DNA of 64,000 nt from a virus, in IMG/VR virus record IMGVR_UViG_3300025770_000006, positions 109,359 through 173,358 of that record. The stretch is one strand, 5' to 3'. Below are positions 30,935-41,265 of this stretch, in pieces. The notes beneath the pieces were generated by a model. It did not search any database and was not told where the DNA came from. It worked only from the letters and a program-made list of their open reading frames with translations. Each line of letters opens with the position of its first letter. Positions within the stretch are counted from its first letter, which is position 1. The position numbers were made by a program, and so were the translations under genes.

Positions 30935-32457
30935 GTGATATTTTAAGAAGCATACTCCCAGATGAGCCAAGAGGTGATGACCCTAAGCTCATGTTTCAAA
31001 ACTACTGTTCTCTTAAGGAGTCTGTCTTACGCTTTGACTTACCCTCAGAAGTCAATGTGTTCGAGTATGTTGAGGACTTCACTCTCAAGCATGGTCATTT
31101 ACCTTCGCAACAGGGAGTTAGAGAATACTTTGAAGAGAATCAATCCTTTGATGAAGCAGATCGTATTCAACAGATCGCTAACCGACCAGTCTCTTATCGA
31201 GGTGACTTTGTATCCCTAATCGAAAGACGAGTTGAAGAAGGTCGGATGACTAAGTTAGCTTCTGTTATGGCTGACGCTAAAGTCATCGCTCGTACAGGGC
31301 TTGAGGTTAAAGAAGGTCGGACAAAGAAGATCATTAAGGGTTCAAGGGATGCGGGGAACTTCCTACTCAATGAGATTGCTAAGATAAACACCCCTACCTT
31401 TGGCTCTCGTATCGGGGGAGAAATCTTAGGTGATGGTGAAGACTTTTGGAATGAGTATGAACGCACTTGTAATAAACAAACTGACATCCTCCCACAAACA
31501 GGGCTATCTATTATTGATAATGCTATCGGTGGGTTCAAGAGAAAAGAACTATACATCATGGCGGCTTTTACAGGTCACCTTAAATCTACCTCAAGTTTAA
31601 ATTGGGTTTACAATCAGTCTGTCTATGGAGGGACTGATACACTGTATTTCTCTCTTGAAATGCACTATACTCAATGTAGACGCATCATCTATGTCTATCA
31701 TTCTATGCACCCTAAGTTCCGAGATAAGCGTATCGCTTTGGGTATACAGCAGGGTCAAACAGATGCAGGTATTGATCCAGACAAGATCAAAAAGGGAACA
31801 CTTACAGAAGATGAGCGTTCTTACATGAGAGATGTCATTGAAGATCTCGACAACGGTATGAAACAAGGAAATTATGGGTCAATCCACATTGAGGTTGCCG
31901 ATCCCGATGTTCTTGACTTCACAGTTGAAAACATCCGTACTAGAGCCGAGCTACTTTATCAAAAGGCCCCTTTCAAGATGATGGTGGTAGACCATGCTTT
32001 ATTGGTCTCCCCTCGTAAGTGGGTAGCGTCCACTACGGATCGGTTAAATGAGGTCATCAGAGATCTTAAAAAGACATCTCTTGGATTTAATCGTGGTGAA
32101 GGTATTCCTGTCTTATGTCTGTTTCAGATCAGTCGTGAGGGTTATAAGTCAGCCGAGAAAAACGGTGGGTCTTACAACCTCACTCACTTGAGTTATGCAA
32201 ATGAAGCAGAGCGTTCTGCTGATCTTGTGATCTCAAGTTGGTATGGTGATGATAAGCGTGAGAACAGTTTGGTTAAATACCAATGCCTCAAGTCTCGTGA
32301 CCAAGCCCCCTTTGAAGAGTTTGACGCACAAATCGCTTGGCCTTATGGTCGTATCCTCGATATGCCTTTACAGTTCCAAACGAACACCTCTTATAAGAGC
32401 AAAGGTAAAAAGACTGAAGTGTTTGACGATCCTTTAGACGCTCTCATGGATCTGTAA
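30931..32457 (+). CDS. DnaB-like (SF4) replicative helicase
   Basis: TGLSIID...AFTGHLKS (Walker A), FSLEM, VVDH, LFQISRE, ERSADLV, KSRD. Confidence 0.88.
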   Translation: MSDILRSILPDEPRGDDPKLMFQNYCSLKESVLRFDLPSEVNVFEYVEDFTLKHGHLPSQQGVREYFEENQSFDEADRIQQIANRPVSYRGDFVSLIERRVEEGRMTKLASVMADAKVIARTGLEVKEGRTKKIIKGSRDAGNFLLNEIAKINTPTFGSRIGGEILGDGEDFWNEYERTCNKQTDILPQTGLSIIDNAIGGFKRKELYIMAAFTGHLKSTSSLNWVYNQSVYGGTDTLYFSLEMHYTQCRRIIYVYHSMHPKFRDKRIALGIQQGQTDAGIDPDKIKKGTLTEDERSYMRDVIEDLDNGMKQGNYGSIHIEVADPDVLDFTVENIRTRAELLYQKAPFKMMVVDHALLVSPRKWVASTTDRLNEVIRDLKKTSLGFNRGEGIPVLCLFQISREGYKSAEKNGGSYNLTHLSYANEAERSADLVISSWYGDDKRENSLVKYQCLKSRDQAPFEEFDAQIAWPYGRILDMPLQFQTNTSYKSKGKKTEVFDDPLDALMDL

Positions 32458-33677
32458 TGTTCTTTGAAATCGACAAACCTAAACTCCCACCCCTCAAGGA
32501 GCTGAACCTATTAGATAAGAACAACGAGTTCTCGATTCCGTCCGACCTGTGGGCTTCTATCTTAGACCAATACACGAAGCAAGAAATCATCGAGCATTTT
32601 TCGGATCTTATTGAGAACACTCCTGTGCCTTTCCCCTATAGAGTCTACGGTCTTGGAAATGTCCGTAAGGACTACCTAGAGCTTTGCTCTGATACAGTGA
32701 AATGGGAAGAAGAAAGATGGGAGGCACTAAGGACACCTAAAGACCTTCCTATGCTCTATAAGGACAGGCCGATACACCTCGATTACATAAGTAAAAAAGG
32801 ACTGTCTGTGTCGGATATGTTCACACAAGAAATACGAATGGAGTGTGGACATAAGTCAAGCCCATCGCCCACTCGACAATGGGATCGGGTTGGATATAAA
32901 TCAAAAGTTAGACCCATCTTAAAAGTCTTGATGGGATTGAACTTAAGTAGAACACTGAGGAGTGGTGTGTATAAGACTGCCATGTTTGATTGCCTCCGAC
33001 TTGGTAGGTACATGGCGAGTCAGTTTAAGCCCTCTTGTGCTAAAGCTATCTACGATTTCTTTGGTGCAAAGAAAGTGTTAGACTTCAGTGCTGGTTGGGG
33101 TGATAGGCTGGTTGGCTTTCATGCCTCTGATGCCGAGTCTTACATCGGCATAGATCCAAATACTAGACTCCACATTCAGTATAAAAAGATCTCCTCATTC
33201 TGTAACACCGATAAGGAGGTTAGGTTCATCTGCTCTCCTGCTGAAGATGCAGACTTATCTGATGTTAAAGTAGACTTCATTTTTACAAGCCCTCCTTATT
33301 TTGATACCGAGAGATATAGCCAAGAAGGAACTCAGTCGTGGAAGAGATACCCGACAATGAATGGATGGTTGAGTGGATTTCTTTACCCTACCCTCAATAA
33401 GAGTTGGGAAGCGTTAGAGGAAGGGGGTCGGATAGCAATCAATATAACTGATGTTCTTGATGGGAGTCATTACTTAGAAATCATCAAACCGATGATTGAG
33501 TACATGGAGGGCTTAGGTGCTACTTATGAAGGAGTAGTCGGATATAGGACGAAAAAGAGACCAGGCGAAAATCAAGGGATTGTTGGAGGGAGCGTGTTCT
33601 GCGAACCTATCTTCATTTGGTCTAAGGGGGAAGCTCTCGAACCTAAGTGGCATCAAGATAACTACTTCGGAGTTTGA
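32457..33677 (+). CDS. DNA amino-methyltransferase (N4-C or N6-A), paralog 1
   Basis: VLDFSAGWGDR (SAM binding) and FTSPPYF (catalytic) motifs. Confidence 0.85.
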   Translation: MFFEIDKPKLPPLKELNLLDKNNEFSIPSDLWASILDQYTKQEIIEHFSDLIENTPVPFPYRVYGLGNVRKDYLELCSDTVKWEEERWEALRTPKDLPMLYKDRPIHLDYISKKGLSVSDMFTQEIRMECGHKSSPSPTRQWDRVGYKSKVRPILKVLMGLNLSRTLRSGVYKTAMFDCLRLGRYMASQFKPSCAKAIYDFFGAKKVLDFSAGWGDRLVGFHASDAESYIGIDPNTRLHIQYKKISSFCNTDKEVRFICSPAEDADLSDVKVDFIFTSPPYFDTERYSQEGTQSWKRYPTMNGWLSGFLYPTLNKSWEALEEGGRIAINITDVLDGSHYLEIIKPMIEYMEGLGATYEGVVGYRTKKRPGENQGIVGGSVFCEPIFIWSKGEALEPKWHQDNYFGV

Positions 33678-33774
33678 CTATGAGACTCATTTATACTGTA
33701 GCCTTTATAAGTACAATACCTGTAAAGAACGCAGGGAAAGCCTGCCTCAATGCAGTCAATCTTTAGGAGAATGA

Positions 33775-34980
33775 ATGTTTTTTGATTATGAAAAAAAAGC
33801 CAAAGATAAGATAGACGAATATGAGGTTGTAAGAGGACAAGAGATCTTCATACAACCTCATCAGTGGTCAGAGATGCTTGATAAGTTTACTCGTGATGAG
33901 ATCATCACTTACTTATCAACTAAGATCGAAGGGATACCATTCCCATATACTAAATATACTCCTCAAGAGGTGCATCGTGATTGGTTAGATGTTCAGTCCG
34001 ACTATATGACACCAGTGGCAGGAGAGTGGGGATTACCTCGATGTCAGTTAGAGGATGCTCATACTTACAAAGGTAGGTATCTTTACTTCGCACCTAATAA
34101 CAAAGGACTCAAAGTCTCTAATCAGTTCACCGAGTTCGCAAGAGTATTAGTAGACCATCGAGAATATAAAAGTGCCATGACTCAATGGACTCGAATAGGT
34201 ATGAAGGGCGATAAGAGATACTTCCTTAGACCCTTTTTCACCCTATACGACAGGTCTAAAGGGGTTAATAGGAAAATGCTCTTTAACGCTATAAATATGT
34301 CTTATTACATACCTGCTCAGTTCAAACCAACACTCTCCAAAGCCATGTATAACTTCTTCGGGGCAAAGAAGGTCTTAGATTTCTCTATGGGATGGGGTGA
34401 TAGGCTAGTTGGTTTCCTCGCTTCTGACGCTCTGTCGTATGTTGGTATTGACCCTAATACAAAACTCCATGAGCCTTATGGACAAATAGATTCGTACTGT
34501 AATGCAAACAAAGAAACTAAGTTCATTTGTTCTCCAGCTGAGGATGCTGACCTAACTGATGTTAAAGTAGACTTTATCTTCACAAGCCCTCCTTACTTTG
34601 ATACCGAGAAGTATAGCCAAGAAGATACTCAGAGTTGGAAGAGATACCCCAAAACAGATGACTGGCTCAATGGATTTCTTTACCCGACACTCAAGAAATG
34701 TTGGGAGGTATTAGAAGACGGAGGACGGATCTGCGTCAATATCTCAGACAAGGTTTATGGTGATATACGAGTATGCCAACCCATGATTGAATACATGGAG
34801 TCATTAGGTGCTACTTACGAGGGAGTGATTGGTTATAGGATGTCCAAGAGACCAGGAAATCACCATTCATTGAACGAGGATCTGTCTAAGGTAAGTGTTT
34901 TTTGCGAACCTATTTTCATTTGGAGTAAGGGAGAAGCCCCCGAACCTAAATGGAATCAAGATAACTTCTTTGGGGTATAA
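33775..34980 (+). CDS. DNA amino-methyltransferase, paralog 2
   Basis: VLDFSMGWGDR and FTSPPYF. Confidence 0.85.
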   Translation: MFFDYEKKAKDKIDEYEVVRGQEIFIQPHQWSEMLDKFTRDEIITYLSTKIEGIPFPYTKYTPQEVHRDWLDVQSDYMTPVAGEWGLPRCQLEDAHTYKGRYLYFAPNNKGLKVSNQFTEFARVLVDHREYKSAMTQWTRIGMKGDKRYFLRPFFTLYDRSKGVNRKMLFNAINMSYYIPAQFKPTLSKAMYNFFGAKKVLDFSMGWGDRLVGFLASDALSYVGIDPNTKLHEPYGQIDSYCNANKETKFICSPAEDADLTDVKVDFIFTSPPYFDTEKYSQEDTQSWKRYPKTDDWLNGFLYPTLKKCWEVLEDGGRICVNISDKVYGDIRVCQPMIEYMESLGATYEGVIGYRMSKRPGNHHSLNEDLSKVSVFCEPIFIWSKGEAPEPKWNQDNFFGV

Positions 34981-35009
34981 TCCTATAAGGGTCTTGAAAG
35001 GATTTAAGT

Positions 35010-36242
35010 ATGTTCTTTGATTATGAAAAAACCAAAAAAGAGAACCTTGAAGAGTATGAGGTTTTGAGAGGGAATGAGATCTTTATCCCACCCCATCAGT
35101 GGCTAGAGATGGTAGATAGTTTTAGTAGAGATGAGATCACTGATTATCTGTCTGCAAAGATTGAAGATTTACCTTACCCCTTCACTAAGTACACACCACA
35201 AGAGATCAAGAAAGATTGGTTAGAGGTTCAGTCCGATTACATGATCCCGATTGAGGGTGCTTGGGGATTGCCACGATGTCAGTTAGACGAAGACCATACT
35301 TACAAAGGTAGGTATATTTACTTCGCACCTAATAACAAAGGACTCAAAGTCTCTAATCAATATAGTGAACCTATGCGTTTAGAGGTAGACCATAAGCAGT
35401 TCCCAAGTGCAATGAGACAATGGACACGAACTAACCTCAAGTCCAAAAAGAGAGCGTTCCTTAGACCTTTATGGACATTGTATGATCCGTCAAAAGGTGT
35501 GAACAGCAAGATACTTGTAAACGCTATCGGTATGTCTGGTTATATCCCAGCACAGTTCAAACCTACTTTAGCTAAGGCGATGTATAACTTCTTCGGGGCT
35601 AAAAGAGTATTGGATTTCTCTATGGGATGGGGCGATAGATTAGTTGGATTCCTATCTTCTGATGCCGAGTCCTATGTAGGATTAGACCCTAATACAAAAC
35701 TCCATGAGCCTTATCAGAAGATCGCTGATTATTGTTCTACGAGTAAGACCACTAGGTTCATCTGCTCTCCTGCCGAAGATGCAGACCTGTCTGATGTTAA
35801 AGTAGACTTCGTTTTCACGAGTCCACCTTATTTCGACACCGAGAAATATAGTCAGGAGGAGACTCAATCATGGAAGCGTTATCCAGAGACTGATGATTGG
35901 CTGAATGGGTTTCTTTACCCAACCCTCAAGAAATGTTGGGATTGCTTAGAAGAGGGAGGGAGGATATGCGTAAACATCTCTGATAAAGTCAGAGGAAACA
36001 TACGAGTGTGTCAGCCCATGATTGAGTATATGGAGTCATTAGGTGCTACTTATGAAGGCGTGATTGGTTATCGGATGGCAAAGAGGCCAGGAAACCACCA
36101 CTCTTTAAATGATGAGTTGTCCAAGATGGATGTTTTCTGTGAGCCGATTTTCATTTGGAGTAAGGGAGAAGCCCCCGAACCTAAATGGAATCAAGATACT
36201 TACTTTGGGGTGTGTGAGGTCGGTCATGTGGGGAAACCTTGA
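35010..36242 (+). CDS. DNA amino-methyltransferase, paralog 3
   Basis: VLDFSMGWGDR and FTSPPYF; close duplicate of paralog 2. Confidence 0.85.
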   Translation: MFFDYEKTKKENLEEYEVLRGNEIFIPPHQWLEMVDSFSRDEITDYLSAKIEDLPYPFTKYTPQEIKKDWLEVQSDYMIPIEGAWGLPRCQLDEDHTYKGRYIYFAPNNKGLKVSNQYSEPMRLEVDHKQFPSAMRQWTRTNLKSKKRAFLRPLWTLYDPSKGVNSKILVNAIGMSGYIPAQFKPTLAKAMYNFFGAKRVLDFSMGWGDRLVGFLSSDAESYVGLDPNTKLHEPYQKIADYCSTSKTTRFICSPAEDADLSDVKVDFVFTSPPYFDTEKYSQEETQSWKRYPETDDWLNGFLYPTLKKCWDCLEEGGRICVNISDKVRGNIRVCQPMIEYMESLGATYEGVIGYRMAKRPGNHHSLNDELSKMDVFCEPIFIWSKGEAPEPKWNQDTYFGVCEVGHVGKP

Positions 36243-37152
36243 TGTATCTAACTTAGATGTATTGACTCCATACATCGAGTCTGCTTTAGAGAGAAATCTC
36301 CTGTATTACAATCTCAACCCTTTTGAATTCCTAGCCTTTAAAACAAAAGGCAACTTGTTCAAGATTGAAAACAATACCTTACATTTTGGTTGGCATGGTG
36401 TAATCGGAGCGAGGTTCTTAAAGCTCTACTTCCCCCCTATTCACTTATACGGTGATGAAGAGATTGAAAGGGAATCTGTTTTAAAAGCTACAAATGAGGG
36501 ATGCTCTTTGTGGATCGAAAAGGAGCACTCGAAGGCTTTAGGTGTCAAAGCCAAAACTATCTCGGAGTATCGAGGAGCTTATCAGCCCATATACCATAGA
36601 GACTATCAACTAGCGGGTAAGAAATATAAAAATATGAGGAGAGATAGAAATATCCTCCATTCTCTCATTGAGAGTGGTGAGTTAGAGTTTGTATTTGACT
36701 ACCCCTTAAAAGGTCTTACAGGACTCAATAATGCTTGGCTAAGTCAGACTGGTCGTAAAAGGTCTGTGTTTGACTTTTGTCTTCAGAACGAAAAGCACCT
36801 CACACACAGGATCAAAAACCTAACCCTACTTAACAGAGATGGTGAGCCTATCACATCCTCTCTGTACGCTATATATTCACCAGATAAATGGCATTGTATA
36901 GGTGCGATCTCGGACTATGGGAAGATACCTATTGGTGGGTTGCAAAGACAGTCTGATCTGTATCTGTTTGAGTTGGAGGAAAAAGTCAACTTAGTGATGG
37001 TTGGTGGGTATAGCTATAAAGAGCTGAAGTTCTCTAAATTGGCATTACCACACAGTGTTTATAGGTTAGGCACACTACCTTCCAATATAACTGTGACCAA
37101 AGATATATGGGAGTCCTTTAGACCGAAGCCTCAGACCTATTTTGGAGTGTGA
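36226..37152 (+). CDS. DUF2156 / aminoacyl-tRNA-dependent transferase-like (Fem/MprF C-terminal GNAT fold) protein, paralog A
   Basis: ATG at 36226 after GAGGT; FPPIHLYGDEE; IY...LAGKKYKNMRRDRN resembles the DUF2156 L.G.KY...RN..N motif. Confidence 0.55.
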   Translation: MWGNLDVSNLDVLTPYIESALERNLLYYNLNPFEFLAFKTKGNLFKIENNTLHFGWHGVIGARFLKLYFPPIHLYGDEEIERESVLKATNEGCSLWIEKEHSKALGVKAKTISEYRGAYQPIYHRDYQLAGKKYKNMRRDRNILHSLIESGELEFVFDYPLKGLTGLNNAWLSQTGRKRSVFDFCLQNEKHLTHRIKNLTLLNRDGEPITSSLYAIYSPDKWHCIGAISDYGKIPIGGLQRQSDLYLFELEEKVNLVMVGGYSYKELKFSKLALPHSVYRLGTLPSNITVTKDIWESFRPKPQTYFGV

Positions 37153-37153
37153 A

Positions 37154-38077
37154 ATGTGGAACTACCTAACCCCCAAAGACTTTGAGACATTGATACCTTA
37201 CTTAAAGAGTGCAATACAACGAGGGTGGAAGTATTACGATCTCTGTGTGATAGATCGTATGTGGTGTTATAATAATCAAATCCTCTTCAAGATAGAGAAC
37301 GACATATTATATGTGTCTAGGTTGCACCGCTTCATTAATAACTTAATCCATAAGATGCAGTTCCCTCCAATCCACTTGTACGGTGATGAGGAACTTGAAA
37401 AGAAAGCCTTGCTAGGAGCTTTGGAAATAGGTGTGTCCGTAAACGCCACAAAGCAAGTCGCAAAAGACCTCGGATTAAAATACACCTTAATGAGTCAATG
37501 GGATGGTGGGTGTGAAGTGGTCTATACAAAAGACCATCTCAAAATGGACGGTAAAAAATATGCAAAGCGAAGAGGTGAGTTAAACAAAATCAAAAGGTTG
37601 ATTTCTAGCGGTCAACTCATGGTCAAACTCGATAGTGATTTAGATTCTTTGTACGGTCTGTTTCAAACATGGAAAAGGCAACAAGGGTACAAAACAGGGA
37701 TGTATGAATACCTCCTTAAAAACAAAGAATACTTACCCTACTTAAAAGTCTTTAGTGTGCGTAACTCTGATAAGGTAGTGTTTGCATCTGTGTTCCTAAA
37801 CATCGACAAATCGACTTGGATTTCCCCTTGCTCAATGACGGATTATGAAAATACAGTTAGTGGGTTTCAAAGACTCTCTAAGATCCTCCTGTTAGATATG
37901 CAGGAAGATTTAGAAACGATCATCGAAGGTGGGTGGGTCACAGAAGAAATCAAAAGAGGAAAGACATTGATCCCTCACGAGATATGGAGGATCGCTAAAA
38001 TCATAAGCCCCAAAAAGCTCTCGAAGATTGAGTGGGAGAGTTTTAAGCCAAAACCGAATACCTACTTTGGAGTTTAA
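37154..38077 (+). CDS. DUF2156 / aminoacyl-tRNA-dependent transferase-like protein, paralog B
   Basis: FPPIHLYGDEE and VY...MDGKKYAKRRGELN; paralog of the preceding gene. Confidence 0.55.
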   Translation: MWNYLTPKDFETLIPYLKSAIQRGWKYYDLCVIDRMWCYNNQILFKIENDILYVSRLHRFINNLIHKMQFPPIHLYGDEELEKKALLGALEIGVSVNATKQVAKDLGLKYTLMSQWDGGCEVVYTKDHLKMDGKKYAKRRGELNKIKRLISSGQLMVKLDSDLDSLYGLFQTWKRQQGYKTGMYEYLLKNKEYLPYLKVFSVRNSDKVVFASVFLNIDKSTWISPCSMTDYENTVSGFQRLSKILLLDMQEDLETIIEGGWVTEEIKRGKTLIPHEIWRIAKIISPKKLSKIEWESFKPKPNTYFGV

Positions 38078-38078
38078 T

Positions 38079-40091
38079 ATGTTATTTGAAACAACATTCA
38101 ACGCTGAGAGTTTCTACAAGAAGTTTACACCAATCTTAAAAGAGATCTCTGTACCAGAAAACTTAGTGCCGTTTGCAGAGTGCTTATCCGAGTATCACGA
38201 ACTAGACTTAGATATTTCCGTTGAGCCTAAAGTATTTGTAGATCCACAAGATGGTGGCGACCAAAAAAAAGCCATCGTTCTTTTATCTGGAGGGATTGAT
38301 AGTGCTTGGTGTCTCTTATGGGCTTTAGAACAAGGTCTGAATCCACAACCTTTATTTGTGGATGGGCTGAACGCTTCTCAAAACTCTCGTGAGCGTAAAG
38401 CTGTCCAAGTCTTATGTGATAAGCTAGACCTGCCCCTCATCACATATAAACACCCAACCCATCTCAAAAAGCTACATAAAGATCCGTCTAATATATTCAA
38501 GATACCAGAGAGCTTTGTGAAACTACAGTATGCTCTGATGGCAATCAAAGATGACATACGAAAAGAGGGCATAGCAGGGGTCATTGTCACCTGCCCTACT
38601 AACCAACCCGAATACATTGACCCTACTGCACCTAAGAAAGAAAATGGGGAACCGCTGACATGGTTTCAAGACTCAGAAGAGTCTATGGAAACTTTCTTAC
38701 CGTTCCTCTCCGATTATATTGGGTGGGGTTTTAAAGGATACTACCCTGTCACCATGAAAGAGCAGAAGATAAAAGCTCTAATGGACAAAGGGATCTTTGA
38801 AGATACCTGCTCGTGCGTATGCAATCCTATGTTCTTTTCGGGTCATCGTAAGAGATCAAAACCCAAGTATTCCAATATGTGCGGCGTGTGTTGGAAGTGC
38901 AAAGAAAACCTAGCTTTCATCAGTAAACTTAACCGAGATGATGAAGTCGTTGAAGATGAGATGCCAGAAGAGCCTCAAATGAAACCTTGGCAAAAAGGAT
39001 ATGAGTTAGATTATCTTAAAAGCGTAGAGGGTCAGTTCAACGCTTTTAATGACCTGTGTATTTCCCCATTCCTACAGATGAAAAAAAATAAAGTCGCAGA
39101 CCACTTACACGATGGCACTTTAATCCTTAAAGACGGATTTAGGTGCATCCTTAAAAAGTCTAAAACTAGAACGAGTATAAAAGTGTACTCGAATAGGGAT
39201 CACACCCTCGCTTATAAAGATGTAGGCGAGTTCGCTATGGGTAAGTTAGTCATTGATGATGTGAGTGAGTTTAAAGAATACTGCGATAAGATTGATCAGA
39301 ACATTTGGGTCATCAGCTTTGACTCGATTGAGAAAGATCTTCTCTCATGCGGGTTTGTTAAGCTAGGATATAAATACACCTCCTTTGGTGATGATCTCAC
39401 TGTGTTCCTTTTGCAAAAGCAAATCGACTTTTTCGGTACGAACACAAATAGACTAATCTTTAATGACCCTTTAGAAAGAGCTACCTGTGTGAAACTCGAC
39501 TCCAACTTTGAGGTTGAGTCCATCGCAGATAAGTTAGCCGCTTACGAATTTAAGAAGCACTACTCCAACTACAATAGTGGTGGGTGGTCAGCTATCAGTC
39601 TAAGAGGGTTTAGCGATGACCCCTCCTTCATTATCAAACCAGAAGAGATGAATGATAAATGGACGGAGCAAAACTCAGAGACAGATTTCTATCTGAGAGA
39701 CACCGAAGCGTATGAATATTTTAGCGAGGTAAGGGAGATCATAAACACAGTCGCCCCAAACCAAAAGATCGAGAGGGTGAGAATAATGAAGCTCTCTGAA
39801 GGATCTGAGATTAAAAAGCATACTGATCTAGTAGATCCAGATTGTGGTGTCGGGGTAGGAGAAACAGCAAGGTTTCATGTGCCGATTAAAACAAAAGATG
39901 CTGTCTTTGAGGTATGGGGACAAAATGGTAAAGAGTCATTCTCTTTAGAGAAGGGTTCTCTATGGTATCTCGACACAAGAAAACCACACCGAGTCATTAA
40001 CCCAACCAGCGATAGATACCATCTTGTTTTTGATGTCTTTGTTGATCAAGAAATAAGAGAACTTATCAAGAGATGCTTAAATGTTCTTTGA
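38079..40091 (+). CDS. QueC-like PP-loop ATPase fused to an Asp/Asn beta-hydroxylase-type 2OG-Fe(II) oxygenase
   Basis: IVLLSGGIDS; TCSC...CGVCWKC; C-terminal RVRIMKL...HTD...RFHVPI...KPHRVIN...RYHLVFD. Confidence 0.75.
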   Translation: MLFETTFNAESFYKKFTPILKEISVPENLVPFAECLSEYHELDLDISVEPKVFVDPQDGGDQKKAIVLLSGGIDSAWCLLWALEQGLNPQPLFVDGLNASQNSRERKAVQVLCDKLDLPLITYKHPTHLKKLHKDPSNIFKIPESFVKLQYALMAIKDDIRKEGIAGVIVTCPTNQPEYIDPTAPKKENGEPLTWFQDSEESMETFLPFLSDYIGWGFKGYYPVTMKEQKIKALMDKGIFEDTCSCVCNPMFFSGHRKRSKPKYSNMCGVCWKCKENLAFISKLNRDDEVVEDEMPEEPQMKPWQKGYELDYLKSVEGQFNAFNDLCISPFLQMKKNKVADHLHDGTLILKDGFRCILKKSKTRTSIKVYSNRDHTLAYKDVGEFAMGKLVIDDVSEFKEYCDKIDQNIWVISFDSIEKDLLSCGFVKLGYKYTSFGDDLTVFLLQKQIDFFGTNTNRLIFNDPLERATCVKLDSNFEVESIADKLAAYEFKKHYSNYNSGGWSAISLRGFSDDPSFIIKPEEMNDKWTEQNSETDFYLRDTEAYEYFSEVREIINTVAPNQKIERVRIMKLSEGSEIKKHTDLVDPDCGVGVGETARFHVPIKTKDAVFEVWGQNGKESFSLEKGSLWYLDTRKPHRVINPTSDRYHLVFDVFVDQEIRELIKRCLNVL

Positions 40092-41256
40092 ATATAAGAC
40101 TGAACTTAACTCACTAGACGACATTGAATATATTAAAGATGGCTATCTTCACATACGCCCTAACGAATGGAGTATGCTTCGTGAGAAATATACTAAGGAA
40201 GATATCAAAGACCATATCGCACCCATCGTTGAGTCTTTACCTTATCCTTACTCTGAGTACACAACGGAGTCTGCAAAGAAGGACTTCATAAGCCTCAAAG
40301 CGAAAAAAGAGCCATTCGTATTTGATGAATGGGTAGCACCACGCCAAGCTACTCCCCTAGAGACTACTTATCTAGGTAAGCACATTTACCTCAACAGCTA
40401 TTACAAAGGTAAAGAGGTGTCTAACCTGTTCACTCAAGAACAGAGGATGAAATGTAGCTATCGCACACAAGGTAACTCACCTTATGACGAATGGGTCAAC
40501 GCTAGTAAGAATAACTCGTTCCTACGATGCTTCTTCGGTATCTGTGAAAATGACATTTATGAGAGGGGTGGGGTCAATAAACAAACCCTTAGAAGAGCAT
40601 TGAAGATGCACACATATATGGCTAGTCAGTTCAAAGCTGAGTCTGCTAAAGCTCTCTATGATCTGTTCCAATCTAAAAGCGTCTTAGATTTCTCAGCAGG
40701 TTGGGGTGATAGGTTAGTAGGCTTCCTAGCTTCAAATGCCGACTCCTATATTGGGATTGATCCTAATACTAAGCTCCATGAACCATATCAGCAAATCGTC
40801 AACCTCTGTGATACAGGTAAAGAGGTTAGGTTTATTTGCTCACCTGCTGAAAATGCTGACCTCTCTGATGTCAAAGTAGACTTTATCTTTACGAGCCCAC
40901 CATACTTTGACATCGAAAGGTACAGTACAGAGTCCACACAATCATGGAAGCGATACCCAGACCTTAAGGATTGGGTCAATGATTTCTTACTCGCTACCCT
41001 CACCAAGTGCTGGTCTGCACTTAAAGATGGTGGCCGGATAGCCATCAACATTGCGGATAAAAAAGGAGAGGACATCTGCACTCCTATGCTTGAACACATG
41101 AAGAATTTAGGGGCTACATATGAAGGGGTGATAGGATATCGAATGTCTGAGCGTGGTGGTCAGAAAACAGATTGCCCTACTTGTGAGCCGATCTTTATTT
41201 GGAGTAAGGGTTTAACACCCGAACCTAAATGGAATTATAATGAGTATTTTTTTTGA
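40081..41256 (+). CDS. DNA amino-methyltransferase, paralog 4
   Basis: VLDFSAGWGDR and FTSPPYF. Confidence 0.85.
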   Translation: MFFEYKTELNSLDDIEYIKDGYLHIRPNEWSMLREKYTKEDIKDHIAPIVESLPYPYSEYTTESAKKDFISLKAKKEPFVFDEWVAPRQATPLETTYLGKHIYLNSYYKGKEVSNLFTQEQRMKCSYRTQGNSPYDEWVNASKNNSFLRCFFGICENDIYERGGVNKQTLRRALKMHTYMASQFKAESAKALYDLFQSKSVLDFSAGWGDRLVGFLASNADSYIGIDPNTKLHEPYQQIVNLCDTGKEVRFICSPAENADLSDVKVDFIFTSPPYFDIERYSTESTQSWKRYPDLKDWVNDFLLATLTKCWSALKDGGRIAINIADKKGEDICTPMLEHMKNLGATYEGVIGYRMSERGGQKTDCPTCEPIFIWSKGLTPEPKWNYNEYFF

Positions 41257-41265
41257 AGAGGTGTT

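Noticed and set aside
38079-39000. Calling queC and a 7-deazaguanine pathway
   Set aside because: Only a QueC-like domain is present; folE, queD, queE and dpdA are not in the window.
32457-41256. Eukaryotic giant-virus origin, suggested by the AGWGDR-type methyltransferases
   Set aside because: Shine-Dalgarno sites, coupled operons, the tail module, DnaB and lipoproteins all indicate a bacteriophage.
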